64,000 nt of DNA. Origin: Chrysomallon squamiferum. Its lineage: Eukaryota > Animalia > Mollusca. The position numbers and the translations under genes were made by a program. How positions within the stretch are numbered: the stretch's first letter is position 1; each line of letters begins with the position of its first letter. Below, in pieces: positions 27,960-41,681 of this stretch. The DNA is taken from contig CM022671.1 of assembly GCA_012295275.1 (NCBI GenBank), positions 10,726,001 to 10,790,000 on the forward strand. The letters are read 5' to 3'. Below the pieces are notes generated by a model. It made no database searches, was not told where the DNA came from, and worked only from the letters and a program-made list of their open reading frames with translations.

Positions 27960-29403
27960 TTGCAAAAGTTAGAGTTATTATCACATGAATCAGATTCCAG
28001 TAGCGAATTTCATCGGTGACATGCGTTACATTTCTGTAATTATTATTATTGTTATTATTATTTAAATGTATTTTCTCATATAGTCTGTACTGATGTATTT
28101 GAAGTTCTTTTTTCATAAGCTCTCCAGGTAGAAAATGAAGAAAACCATTATTTAACACTTGAGTGTCATGATAGCTAAACATAATTTGTTGAAACAAACA
28201 GGTGTGTGCCATTAGCTAATTATTACTAACAAAGGTATAATTTTACAATTTAACAAAAGTATTAAAGTGCCCATTGATTAGATTCATTGTTTTTCTGGAA
28301 GTTTATAATTCGATGTATTTCAAATAATCTGAAATTAAGAGCATCTTGCATTATACTTTATACATTTTTGTCTACTAAATCATTAATACATGTTTCCATT
28401 TCATAAACCAATTCAAAATACTTTGCATTTTATTTGAAATTCTTTAAGGTCAATGAAGGATCTACCTGGAATAGACAACCACGTTGATTTAAATTATTTT
28501 ATATGTTGAATAACATGAAACATTTGTAAGTAGGTTACAAGTATCCAATTCTGTTCAAAAAGCATTGCATTACATGTTAAACTGAGTAAGCTAGGATGAG
28601 AATGACCAGAAATGATCAGTTATATTTTGGAACTGTTTAAATTTACACTGGTAAGTTTTTTCCTGAATACAATAACCCCAAATGAGAAGCCATTTTGGTT
28701 TATTTATTTATTTATATATTTGATTTGAGTTCTTTAAAATTCACTTAATTATTATTTTGTTTCTTAGCCTTATTTGTTTTTGAAGTAATTCTTATTTCTA
28801 TTATTTTGTTGTTGTTTTGTTTTTGTTTTTTGGGGGGTTTTGAGGGAGGAATTTGGATATATTCTTTATGGTTTGTTTCTTGGGGTTTTCTGGAACACAT
28901 TTTGAAAATTGTAAACTGCCTGAAGCAAAAGTTCTTTGTGATGATGTGTTGTGTTTTTCAGTTTGCAGATGTTCTTTAAAGAATGATAAGATATGAATAT
29001 ATATAATAGTCTTTTAATGCTTGAAATTGTCATATATTTCAGATTGTGACTGTTCAATCTGTGTAGCAGATAACTGAAGATCATTATGAATTCCAGATGA
29101 CCTCATTATTAACACCGTCAGACAATTTCTGTGTTCAAAAAGTTTATTCAGGCATTGTGTTATATGTTTCTTCAGAATTCAGTTCTAATATCTACATAAT
29201 CTATGTTGAGACTGGAATGCACTGATACAAAAATTATCCTCCTGATTGTAATCATCAAAAAAACAGTAATTTTATTACTTTCTAATTTAGCTACATGTTG
29301 TTTTCATACCCTTGTGTTATTGTATTTACATTCATCAAAGGACTGTTTAAAAGAATTTTTTTTTATTTATGACAGATTAACCAAAAGTTTAGAGGGAACT
29401 TTC

Positions 29404-29437
<34 letters not shown>

Positions 29438-29458
29438 AAATTATTTTAAACCCTATTA

Positions 29459-31279
29459 CACGGATTCCCAACGTGGGTGATAACACCCCCCCTTGTGGGC
29501 ATTGGTGGGTTACAAGGGGGCATTGTGAGTCTTTTCTTCATTTGGGGGCACCGAATGCACATAAGGGGCGTTATCTAAAATACATCATATCACAAATTTA
29601 AATATTACTATGTAAAATACACTATAAGCTACAATTCTATAAACTGTTTGCACAAGAATAGTAACAAGCAGTACTATAAAACGTAACATTTAACCTTGTA
29701 TATTATCCCAATTGCTCACTAATGCTGTTGCGTGAACACAACAATCTCGCTGTATGAACGTGTGAAGTTGTTGACTGCAGCTCAGTCAGTTCCAAGGGAG
29801 TTGTCCATGGTCAGTTCTCACGTGGCCGTGATAGTGACAAGTGTTTTTTTATTACCCTGCTCATTTTCATACACAAAATTGGGGATTAGGATGGGATTCG
29901 AATGAAAGTTCCAAACATAAAAGTGTTAAAATGAACAATTGTTTATATTAGGTCATTGAATGATTGATTTATGCGTGATAATGTATGTTTTTAGCCAAAG
30001 TTGGTACATGTGGTCTTACTGGTCTGTGACTACAGAGTGCGTATCTATGCTGGTACAGTTAATTCTTCAAATTGAAATCCCATAAATGAGTTGCAAAGTG
30101 AAAATTAAAATGCAATTTAATTATTTTAACTTTGTTTTAGTCTTTCATAAGTTGAAAATATATTTGGTACGTTTTAATGAATTTGGCGCATCTCCAGAGT
30201 AAATTTTAGTTCGAAGGTTATTCCTTGCAAGTAAGCAGTTAGTTGCAACAAAACAGACATTGCCTATTTAACAGATCTATTCACCATATTCAACAATCTC
30301 AATTTGCAATTGCAAGGCAGTGATCTAAATCTTATCCAAGCAAAATCTAAGATTTGTACATTCTTGGACAAGCTGACCTTCTTGAAGAATAATATTGGCC
30401 GTCGGAATCTGTCTCAGTTTCCAAAACTTAATGAACTAGAAAATGATGAGTCTGATAACTCCAAACTGGAAGACGACCTCTCGGTTCATTGTGATCATTT
30501 GGAAACATTGCACAAGGACATGACATGTAGATATCAAGATCTTACAAATATGGAAATACCACCCTGGTTTCTGAATCCATTTACAGATGCTTGTGTAAAT
30601 GAAACCAATCTTGAAATACAAGAAGAATTGACTGCTCTAAAAAACGACTTTGAATTAAAGCGTCTCTTCAAACAATCGTACCAACAATTTTGGTTACAAA
30701 AAGAAATTCCTGGAAGATATCCCAAGTTGTGGGAAGCAATTAAGCTTTATTTCATAGCTTTCCCAACTTCATATATGGCTGAATGCGGATTTAGTGCAGT
30801 CACTCAGCGTCTCACAAAACAAAGAAATCGCCTGCAAATCATTAAAAGAGGAGATTTAAGATTACTTCTAAGTAGCATTGACCCGAGGGTGAAGGAATTA
30901 GCCTGTCAGCACCAAATTCAACAAGCTCATTAAAAATATTAGCTTTGAAGGTGTAGTGTGTCTTAAAGCACATTGCAAAACAAATTGTTAAAAACTGTTT
31001 TGCTGCATCCTGTACCACTATTTTTTATTGAGAAATATATTTTTATTAAGAAACATTTTTTGAAAGGGACGTTACTTGAATGTTTTCTTTTTGCATTAAA
31101 TACAATATTTACATCAACTTTTTTTAATATTTCTTCTTCGTGCTGTAGACTTTTAGAAGACTAAATGTAAGAATCAAACATTACTCAGGACTTCATTTGT
31201 TTTAAAACATTGTGTGTTGTAACTTATAAATGAATTTTGGAAGTGGGGGCACTAGTACAAAAAAGGTTGGGAAACACTG
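29459..31279 (+). mobile_element. Internally deleted hAT (Buster/Charlie-type) transposon
   Basis: TIRs cacggattcccaac / gttgggaaacactg. Perfect 8-bp TSD ccctatta at 29451-29458 and 31280-31287, with the central TA typical of Buster. Confidence 0.93.
30250..30933 (+). pseudogene. hAT transposase C-terminal third, including the dimerisation region
   Basis: DIAYLTDLF..FNNLNLQLQG, FW, YPKLW, FPTSYMAECGFSAV..LTKQRNRL, GDLRLLLS.IDP, QQAH*. Confidence 0.9.
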
Positions 31280-32252
31280 CCCTATTACAAACAATAAATA
31301 AAAAAAAAAAAAAAAAAAAAACCAACCATTAGTCATGACAGAAATTGTTTTACTTATATACTTATGATGCAATATTTTCCATGAATATAACTTCACTGAT
31401 ACCTTTACAGAAATAACTTTATATTCCATTTATTAAATATAAATTCTGTATTTAAACTATATATTCATGTGAAATTATGTCAAAATAAATGATTTTAAAA
31501 CAAATTTCTCTGTTATTTTCTTATCATTTTATAATCAAAGTAGACCATTCTGAATTAATATATTAAGGTGTGCATTATGCATGTGCAAATAGACCAATTT
31601 TGATATACTGGGGTAGGAGTTATCTTGCTTGTTTTGTTTGGTTCGCACCATGAAACTTCATTGATGGACCTGATTACAGTTTGGTGACAGAACATTAATT
31701 CTAAATTATTGGGTAAACAATTTGAGGGGTTTGTATATAAGAGACCTTTACTTTCTTGTATTTCGATTTTTTCTTCTCACAACACACGCTTGATTGTCGT
31801 CACGGTCGGTCCCGACATGGTGTAAGCCCGGAAGATAAGCTGTGAAGATTACTCACGAACGGATTGTGCTTTGTGCTGACTGAGCGGAATTCAGAAACGA
31901 AAAAGATACTGTACCTTTTTCTTTATTTATTTAGATTTAAATTCTTATTTATATTATTTGTAGGCTTTTGTATTATTGTTACTTTTATTACTTTTCTTTT
32001 TTCTTCTCTGCTGTTTGTTACTCTTTTTTTTTTTACTTTCCGGTATCTCAAATAACCGATATATCTTTTATCTTTATCTCGATCTGAAAGTGAGTTGCGT
32101 TCAGCTTTAGTCTTATTTGAATTAATATAGAATTGTCTATATATTTAAAAAAAAAAATAATAATAATAAGCAATTCAAATATATTATTGAAACCGATATA
32201 TTTTTTTATAAAAACACACAAAACAACAACAACCCATACATACACAACAAAC

Positions 32253-33449
32253 ATGGCAACAAAAAACATCAAAATTTACAGCTCGGGAATCGATACCTCG
32301 GAGATGGAAACTAGGGTTCCAAAACGACCCAGGGACAGGAGCCCTAGCTCCGTCGATAAAACACTAAACAGGAAACAAAAGAAAAAAATCGATAACACAG
32401 TCCAACACACACATTCCGAAACTGAAATAACTGAAGAACAAACAATTATTAACAGAAATCTCAACATTTTGGCAAGGCTTAGGGAAACGGACAGCGAAGA
32501 TGAAAGCGAACCAACCAACTGCTTGGAAAATTACAAAAAGAAAAAAAAAAAAAAACACACCCACAGCCGAACCACCATCATCGCAGTTCACAACAAAAAT
32601 TACACAAACATTGATAAACAGTTGCGCTATTTAATAGAAGCGCAAATACACATTATGGACAAAACAACAAAAGTCAACAAAAACAATAACGGAAAAGAAA
32701 TCTACTTCGAAGTAGACACAAAAACACTTAAAACAATCGGTCCCAACATCACAATCTGGGACGAAACATTTGTCGTCAGAGTTTTAGCAAAACTAATCCC
32801 TGACACAAAACAAACACAGAAAACACCCACACCACAACCCAGAAAAACACTACTTGCAACACCGCAGCCAAAACAAACGCCTACTACCAAACAACAACAA
32901 CAACAACCTAAACACACAACAAAATCAAAAGAGACAACAATATACAAATATATCTCTAAAGATTTGGGTTTTTATTACCCACATGCAAACAAACTAGATT
33001 TCTTTGAAATATTCAACAAAGAACTAGTAGAACAAACAAACTCAACTCTAGTCGGTGTGGAAATGTGGAGAAAGCCAAACTACTGGACCACACTGACATT
33101 TAACACAAAATTAATAAACACAACCATCACCATTGATGGGTATAAATACACACTGGCAGAAATGAGACCGCAGTTGCCCAAGTGCGGCCACTGTCAGAAA
33201 TGGGGGCACATCACAAACCAGTGCTCCCACAGAAACAACCCGAAACACTTAACGTGCAGTTTCTGTGGTGGAAATCACCACAGAAACTCAGGCCTATGCC
33301 GGTCTCTGGCAAAATGCGCAAATTGCCAGGGACCACACGAATCACACTACAAGATGTGCCCAGCAAAAATGCAAGCAACCAACAATTTTGAGCACAATAG
33401 GAGAGACAAAAAATTTTACAAAACGTCAACAAAAAATGCCAGAAGATAG
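32253..33449 (+). CDS. LINE ORF1, gag-like with three CCHC zinc knuckles (stop at 33449 may be premature)
   Basis: ATG at 32253; CGHCQKWGHITNQC, CSFCGGNHHRNSGLC, CANCQGPHESHYKMC. Confidence 0.85.
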   Translation: MATKNIKIYSSGIDTSEMETRVPKRPRDRSPSSVDKTLNRKQKKKIDNTVQHTHSETEITEEQTIINRNLNILARLRETDSEDESEPTNCLENYKKKKKKKHTHSRTTIIAVHNKNYTNIDKQLRYLIEAQIHIMDKTTKVNKNNNGKEIYFEVDTKTLKTIGPNITIWDETFVVRVLAKLIPDTKQTQKTPTPQPRKTLLATPQPKQTPTTKQQQQQPKHTTKSKETTIYKYISKDLGFYYPHANKLDFFEIFNKELVEQTNSTLVGVEMWRKPNYWTTLTFNTKLINTTITIDGYKYTLAEMRPQLPKCGHCQKWGHITNQCSHRNNPKHLTCSFCGGNHHRNSGLCRSLAKCANCQGPHESHYKMCPAKMQATNNFEHNRRDKKFYKTSTKNARR

Positions 33450-33735
33450 AAGAAAAAACCAAAACCATTATAGAAACAAAAATTAATCAACACAACGACA
33501 AACCAAAAGACAATCTCGACAAGGAGGTCAGGATCACAGAAATCCACAAAATTATTGTCTGCCTCCTGATAGTGCTTCAGAACATCAGAACCAATAAAAG
33601 AAACACAAATGATGACACCAATTTGGAGCAGACAGTAGCCCAGATAATTGAAGACAGCTTGGGCTTCAAGACAGACACACACGACAAAAGAGTAAAACTA
33701 CACACAGACAGGAGAAATCCTACAAACACAAAACA

Positions 33736-36700
33736 GTGAACAAAAACAAAACAAACAGTAACAACCATTTACAAACTGTTCACGATAAGCACACCAAGAA
33801 CACAGGCCTCTCCATTCTTCAATGGAACGCCAAAGGCCTTCACTCAACAGGCCACGGAGACGATCTACTACACTTCCTGGCCTCCACTACAAACAAACCG
33901 GACATAATATTCATTCAAGAAACATGGCTGGGACATTACAACAAAAACAACAAAACAACAAAAACCTTTAAGGTCCCCAGGTACCAAAGTCATTACGTCA
34001 ACAGATTCAACAGCACCTGGGGAGGAATCATGACACTCCTCAAACAAGACATTCCACACACCAAGCTGAACCAAGGCAAAGTCCACACCAACATAGAAAT
34101 ACTAAGCATCACAGTACACAACAACAATCAAAACATCGACATAATTAACATGTACAGCCCACCCACTCCCGCACTACACACCATTCAAACCCAGGATTTA
34201 AACAAAATGATAACAACAAACAACAAGCTCATTACAGTGGGCAATTTCAACTGTCACAACACCCTATGGGGTGGCTCAACAGACAACAGCCCAGGAATCA
34301 TCCTCGAAAATTTCATAGCACAAAACCAGCTGGTCTGTCTGAACGATGGAACACCGACATACACCAGCGACATCAATGGTAGCCAATCCACCATTGATCC
34401 AACATCGGTGAGCTAAACAGCAACCACCACCTGATATGCACCAACTGACTAAACAACAGATACCACACCAACCGATACTCACCAACTACAACAGCAAGAA
34501 CACCTTCTCAGACAGATCCATCTTCACACCAAAATGAAACTTCAACAAAGCAGACTGGGAAGGCTTCTACAAAGCATGCAGAAACATCAACACGCAGAAT
34601 CCCAACGACTTCGACGCCTACTGGGCATCACTCACCAACACGATACACTCCATTGCTAACAAATTCATACCCAAAACCAGAAAATGCACCGGCAAAATAT
34701 CCACTCCCTGGTGGATGGAAACCATAGAAAAGAAATGCAAAGAGAGAAACAAATACAGAAGACAATATAAAAAAGACAGAAATTATTCCTGACTCGAAAA
34801 ATACAAAATAGCAAGAAAAGAAGTTTCCAATCTAATTCTCAATGCAAAACAAGAACACTGGGAACTTTTTTGCAACAACATCGACCACAAAACATCAGTC
34901 AAAGACATGTGGGCCAAAGTAAAAAACATTCAAGGAAAAAAACCCACAGAATCAACACTCTCGGCAAAAACAACATCACATTCACTGACAAGCAAAAAGC
35001 GGACCTATTCAGCCAAACCTTCGCCAAGTCCAGCAGCAATTCGAACTTCCCACTGAAATTCGCAAAGAAACAACTGGACAACCAAGCAATCGGCGAACAC
35101 TCTGCAGACACAGGAAATACAATCAACTATTCAACATCAGTGAATTAAAACATGCAAAGTACAGCCAAGGGGCAGATAAAATAAGCTACACAATATTACA
35201 ACATCTACAAGACGAAACACTACTAATCTTACTCGCCCTCTACAACACAATATGGACCACAGGCAAGATTCCAACAAACTGGAAACATGCCGAATGTTTC
35301 AGTTTGCCCAAACCACACAAAGATCACTTACTACCCAACAGCTACAGACCGATCACACTGACGTCACGCATGCAAAACACTGGAAACGATGATCAACACA
35401 CACCTGAGCCAGCATTTAAACGACAACAATTTAATCAGCAAATATCAAAGCGGCTTCAGGAAGAAACAGAGCACAAATGACCAGATCACACGCCTGCAAA
35501 CATCAATCAACCAATCTTTTATTAAATAAAAAAAATTCAACACAGTATTCCTATACATTGAAAAAGCATTCGACATGGTATGGAGGGAAGGACTGCTAGT
35601 TAAATTAATCAACAACAACATCAAAGGCAACATGTTCAACTTTATCAAAGACTTTATCAACAACAGAACCATAGCAGTCAAAGTAAACGGTCACACCTCC
35701 GAGAAAACAACAATCAAAAACGACATTCCACAAGGATCTGAGATCTCGCCCACACTCTTCAACATCTACATCAACGACATCGTCACAGCACTCGACCAAC
35801 AAGACAACGCCAGAAATCCGCCAAAGGAACTGATAAATACAGCACTCTTTGCAGATGACTGCACCTTTTGGTGGGCAGGCAGATCGACAGCAGCAATACA
35901 GAAACAAATACAAAAAGACTTAAACAACATAAACGATTGGGCGTTGAAATGGGGCATAAAGATTTCTCTTTCGAAAACGACGTGCCTCCTTTTCAACAAG
36001 AAATCAGACAACAGCAAGATCACACTCAACATCGACAACAACATCATAACACAAACAAAGACATTCAAATTTCTAGGTGTGACATTCGACAGTCAACTCA
36101 ACTTCCGATGCCACATACACAACATAATTGCATCCTGCAAAAAAACGATCAATCTTCTAAAGTTAATTTCTGGAACCAGTTGGGAAGCAAACGAGTCAAC
36201 GCTGATTTTGATACACAAAGAATGTATTCTCTCCAAGCTCGACTACAGAGTCATGGCTTACTTGAATGCTCCCAAACTCTATTTAAAAAAACTAGATATA
36301 ATTCAATCAAGTGCCCTCAGGGTGATCGGCCACCTGCCAAACACAACATCATCCGACAGCCTCCTGTCAGAATACAGCATCCAACCATTAAAATACAGAA
36401 GAAAACTGCAGCTACTGAAATACAACCTGAAAATACACACCCTGAACACAGACCACCCCGTCAAGGATCTGGTCCCCGACGAACAAAGGATAGGACAGCT
36501 CTTCAAATCGCATAGTCTACTACTATCGAATTTCCCGACAACAGCTAGCGAAATCGAAAGGGAAACAGGAATAGGTGAAATGCCACTGCTGGCATACCAC
36601 AAAGAAACAAAACCAACAATAAACACACCTTTCCTGATCAAAAGAGAAACTGAAAAAAACAGAGATCCAACCGTTCAAAAAAATCTTTTTTTTTGGCAGC

Positions 36701-37598
36701 AGCAAACGACCACTACAAACAACACACACATATCTACACCGATGGATCCAAAAACCCAGACAACGGGAGAGTAGGATTCGCCTTCATAGCCCAAGATCAC
36801 ACAAACAAACCCACATGCATACAATTCGGCCGTATCAGAAATCACCTTTCGATATATACGGCCGAGTTGGTAGCCATCATCAGAACCATGCTGTGGGTGA
36901 AACACAACAACAACAAACACATAGTCATTTTCTCGGACAGTCTAAGTTCCGTCATCTCAGTACAATCTGGACATTCCAGCAGACCAGACCTGCTCAGCAA
37001 AATACAACAACTACACGAGGAAATACAACACAACAAGAAAGAACTAACCATTGAGTGGCTCCCAGCACACGTCGGCATCATCGGCAACAAACTTGCCCAC
37101 CATTATGCCAAAGAGTCACTCAGCATTAAAGACGAAGACATCTGCACAGACATACATTACGGAATAAACGAAATTGTCTCCATCGCTGCCAAACATTACG
37201 ACAAACAATGGCAAAACGAATGGAACAACACCAAAAACAAATGGCACTTAAACATCAAACCACTCGCCAAAACACCCAAAATCACACTCGCCAACAAACT
37301 ACACAACAACAATCTCACCAAAGCCAGAATTGGTTACTCAACCAACCTAAACGCAATTCTATACAAACATAACATCATCACATCACCCAACTGCAGTTGT
37401 GGACTCTCAGAAACCATGAAACACTACTTGTTTCACTGTCCAAATTTTGCCAAGGAAAGACAAGCACTACGCAATACACTGGAGGAACTAAAAATCGAGT
37501 TCATACTCCAACAGATCCTGGCACCAAACATGAAAGACAGAGAGTTAGTCCTCGCTGCAGTAACAAATTACATTCTCAAAACAAAACACAAACTTTAA
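33736..37598 (+). pseudogene. LINE ORF2 pseudogene: AP endonuclease, RT, RNase H, C-terminal zinc finger
   Basis: ILQWNAKGL, FIQETW, GNFNCH, LNDGTPT; SYRPITLTS, KAFDMVW, IPQGSEISPTLFNIY, LFADD, FKFLG; IYTDGSK, IFSDSLS, WLPAHVGIIGN; CSCG..ETMKHYLFHC. Several stops and frameshifts. Confidence 0.95.
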
Positions 37599-37849
37599 AC
37601 CTTTTTTTTTTCTTTTTTTTTCACACTAAAACAAACAACAATTATATAAATCTGTTGACTTGTGGATTGATTGGTTGAACAGCTGATGGATCTACGGATG
37701 GATCGGCTGATTGACGAATCAATTTGAAAGGCCAATTAAATTAATAATTAAAAAATGATAAACATACTATAATGAACCCACTTTCAGACACTACTAACCC
37801 GGTTATGGTGTCTTATTTCAATTTAATTTTTTTATAATTTAATTAATTG

Positions 37850-37911
<62 letters not shown>

Positions 37912-40900
37912 TTTTTTTTCTTTCTCATATTCTTAGTCCTAGCTTCAGGATTTATAACATCTTTTAAATTAAAATAAAATGTAAATAAGTTAACTACATT
38001 TATGTTCTTATTTGTTTTAGTTGCAGGTTTTTTATAATATCTTTTAAAACAATAAAAAGACCATTGGCAAAAAAAAAAAAAAAAAAAAAACAAAAACAGG
38101 TTTGGACTAACAACAGCAGCACCAGAAGGAAGCAGCCAAAAAAAAACAACACAGCAAACAACAAAGAGCAGAACCAGGACAGAACAACAACACGGCAAAC
38201 AACACGGACCCGGTGATGGCTGAGAGATTGTGCCGGAGATCACGGGGGGTGAATTGCGGCTGCAAAACATCCGTACCGACTCGTTACAATCCAATATGCT
38301 GGACACTCCCTTGTGTCCTGTAATCGTAATGAGAACCCATTCTCTTTCCTTAGCCAAAACTCTTTTCTGTGACAGACATGCCCGCTGACCTGTCAGAAAA
38401 CGTGCCCGTCACAGACGTGCTTCACAACAGTTTGCTCTGATTAGCACATTAATTTTTTTCCTATTCCTATTCCTATTCTTGTATTTCAGGTCCACTGAGG
38501 AGGTTTGATCGTGGAAACCTAGTTCATGAGGTGATCTAAACTCCACTCCAGTATAACAAATACCATGTCTGTTGCATACATTAATATATTACTACATATC
38601 ACTAAATGGAAATCAAATTTTATTACAGAATGGCTCCTTTTTCTCCTATTTATTTATTTATTTATTATTATTATTATTTATTTATATCCTTGATCAGAAT
38701 TAAGAACTGTATGTCAAATAAATTAGGGGATATAAAAAATATTTAGCTTATACAAAAACTAATTTAGAATGGCCAACCTTATCTAAGGTCTAATTTTAAA
38801 AGGTAGACTTTATTACCAATTTTTCTGGGTGTTTTATCCATAAACTGATTACAAAAGACAAACATTTTTATTAATGGTTTATTCTTGATTATTTACATCA
38901 TACATGAGAACAAAATTTAAAATGAAAATTTTATTATCAATATTTTATGTGTGCATTATTCAATAATTAATTTGAAAAAGTTATGTGGGTGCATTTTCTA
39001 TACTCTTATTTTAAAAAAACATTTTAGAAACAAATTTTTGATGGGTGCATAAATAAAAAATAAAAAAATTAAGTTATATGGGAATACTTTTCATAAGTTT
39101 AAATGGTAGATTTCAATAACAGTTTATTCCTCGAACATACATCTAACAGTTTTAAAACATGCTTTATTTTCAAATTATGCTCAAACTTTATCAATAATTA
39201 AATTTTAAAGTTATCTTAATGACAGTTTATATGGATGCTTTTTTTCTGACCCCATTGTAAACATTTATTTTAGATGTTTTTAACTATAATATTTATTATA
39301 TTTTGATTGTAACAGCTAATGCACTGTTTATTTGTATTACTGCCTGATTTGTTAAAAAATAAAAATATTAAATTTTGTTGTATACTTTGAAAAATAAAAA
39401 TGAAAGTCTATTTGTGTAACAATGTGGGTATGCATGTATGATATACATCAATGAACTATTGGTTACAGATAAAAAAAATGGCTACATCATGTAGTACATG
39501 CCACATTTTATCTTACAATGACTAGAAACAGTGACATGATATCATGTCTAGATAAATTTCTATATTTTCCAGAAATATAGCCTTTTGGGACACAACTATT
39601 TTTAATTTGATAAATTACATGTTACACACACGCAAGGTTTCAGGCAAAAGTGATGTCAATATCATTAATCTACTGCTTTTTTACATCTTTCTTCTATCTG
39701 TTATCAGTCAGGATATTTTAACCATTTAAAATTAAATATTATGACATAGAAAGACATTTATACATATTTAACTGAGAAATATTGATATCAAAATTTATTA
39801 TATTGTGTATATATTCACAATATGTTTAAAAAGATCTTTAAAATCTGACTATCACAAAAGTGCAACTTCAAACTCTGTTCTAAATTGTTTTCTCTTACCA
39901 TTCATCAGAGTATATTCAAATAAATAGTCACCAGTTTATGTTGTAACGGTATATCAGTATTTTATAAATAACATTTTATCTGCTTCATCACTCCCTGCTG
40001 ACTTGTAAAACAAGATCACCTTTCATCACACAAACAAGTCCAACTGTAACTATAGGGAACTGTCTCTGTTTGTGCTCTTAACTTCATTGCCATCAACCTG
40101 GATTGTAAAATTGTATACATAAATATACTGATGGATCAAGCAGTTCAGCATTTAGTAATCTGCAGGGATCTCTGATTATCAGCCTCAGCTATTTGTAAGC
40201 AGTGGTTTAAGACCACTTGAAAAACATAATAAACTACATAGGTGTACAACTGATGACTTCCTAGACAGACAACATAGTATTGGCTGTTAAATCCATTTCT
40301 TAAATTGCCAAGGACACTTAAAATTATTCATCTGGAAGGATTACAAGCAAATTAATAGATAGATAAATGGATAGAGGGATGGATGCAAGGACAGAAGAAC
40401 TGATGAAAAGATGTCAACATAAAAAGATGAACAGTGACACTTGGAAGAATGGACGATTCATATGTCACAGTGAATGTAATTTTTCCACAAATCCCTCGTC
40501 AGCCATAATTCATCAAAGCTGTTGTTATATATGATTATGCGCTGGACAGTAATATCAGTTTGTAAACTGCCATGCTATGTTACAGGAATGCCAGAATGAG
40601 AGTACAGATTTAACCTGCAATGCCTGTACTGAGGATTCCCGTCACCAAAGAGCTAATGTCTCATCTGTCAGCATTACTTTACATCCCACTGGAGAGACAC
40701 TGATCTAGTTGTCTGCCAAAAGACATACTTTTCACTGTGCCTCTGACCAACAAGCACAAAGATTTCTTAAAAATGGAAGTTAAATCAAAGCAGGATGTAG
40801 ACAATTTTACAGCCGAGTTCTCTAAACTGAGACATTAAGAAGACTTTCTTGTAAAAACTGGGAGATTGAAGAAAGATGTTCTGGAGAATAAGCTATAGGA

Positions 40901-41681
40901 AGAGTCCTTCCAAGACAACATGCTAATCTATGATACAGTTAATTAACTGGGTCAGTGACATCTTGATTCAACTTACACACTTAAAACAAATCTTCACTAA
41001 AAACTGAGGAAACTGCTTAATCTGAATACAAAGTAACATCTTACTTGGTTTTTCTTGGGTTTTCTTCTGTAACACATATAATATTATCTACATTTTTCTC
41101 CAAAAAATCAAGTCCCTTTATCAACATATATTATGTTTTCATACAGTTATTTCAAGTTTACTGGATTCATGGATGGATGGAAGGATGCTATGTAAGTACT
41201 TTATCACCACAAGAGTGTGTGAGATGACAAACAATATGACCAGAATACTTTTCCAAAAAAAGTAAAATTGTAATTTGTGTTAATGTACATAATATTTTAT
41301 ATTATATGATTGGATAATTTCAGCAACAAAAATGGAAGTCGTTTGTTCTTTAACTGATGATTTCTAATATACGATTACAGTATCACACTTTATATGACTG
41401 TACTTTGTGACTTAAACTAATGCTTTTTAAACCATTTCCATGTCATTTGAAATTAAGTCTTACATTCATTTGCAAATATCATTCATCACGTTACAACAAC
41501 AACAACAACAATAGTAATAATAACACAGAAACTGCATGTACCTAGAGGTTCAAAATGTAGTAGTGTGCCATTTATATATATATTTATTTAACTGAAAGTT
41601 CTGCATGTAACTGGATAAAAAAATTTGATTCGAGAACAAATTTCTTTTTATGTAGAGAAAAAAAAAACTGGTTCTACTAAC

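Larger units (their letters stand above)
31765..38475 (+). mobile_element. Full-length I-group (I/Nimb-like) LINE, copy 1
   Basis: ORF1, ORF2, ~870-nt 3' UTR and (CTATTC)3 tail. 12-bp TSD ttcttgtatttc at 31753-31764 and 38476-38487. Confidence 0.93.

Noticed and set aside
28866-29345. Minus-strand coding-like segment
   Set aside because: Stops in all frames and no recognisable domain.
32276-37090. Antisense ORFs over both LINE copies
   Set aside because: Shadows of the A/C-rich coding strand with no independent motifs.
40480-40950. Cys-containing decayed coding-like stretch (LQECQNESTDLTCNAC), possibly a PHD-type LINE ORF1
   Set aside because: Too degraded to assign; no complete motif.
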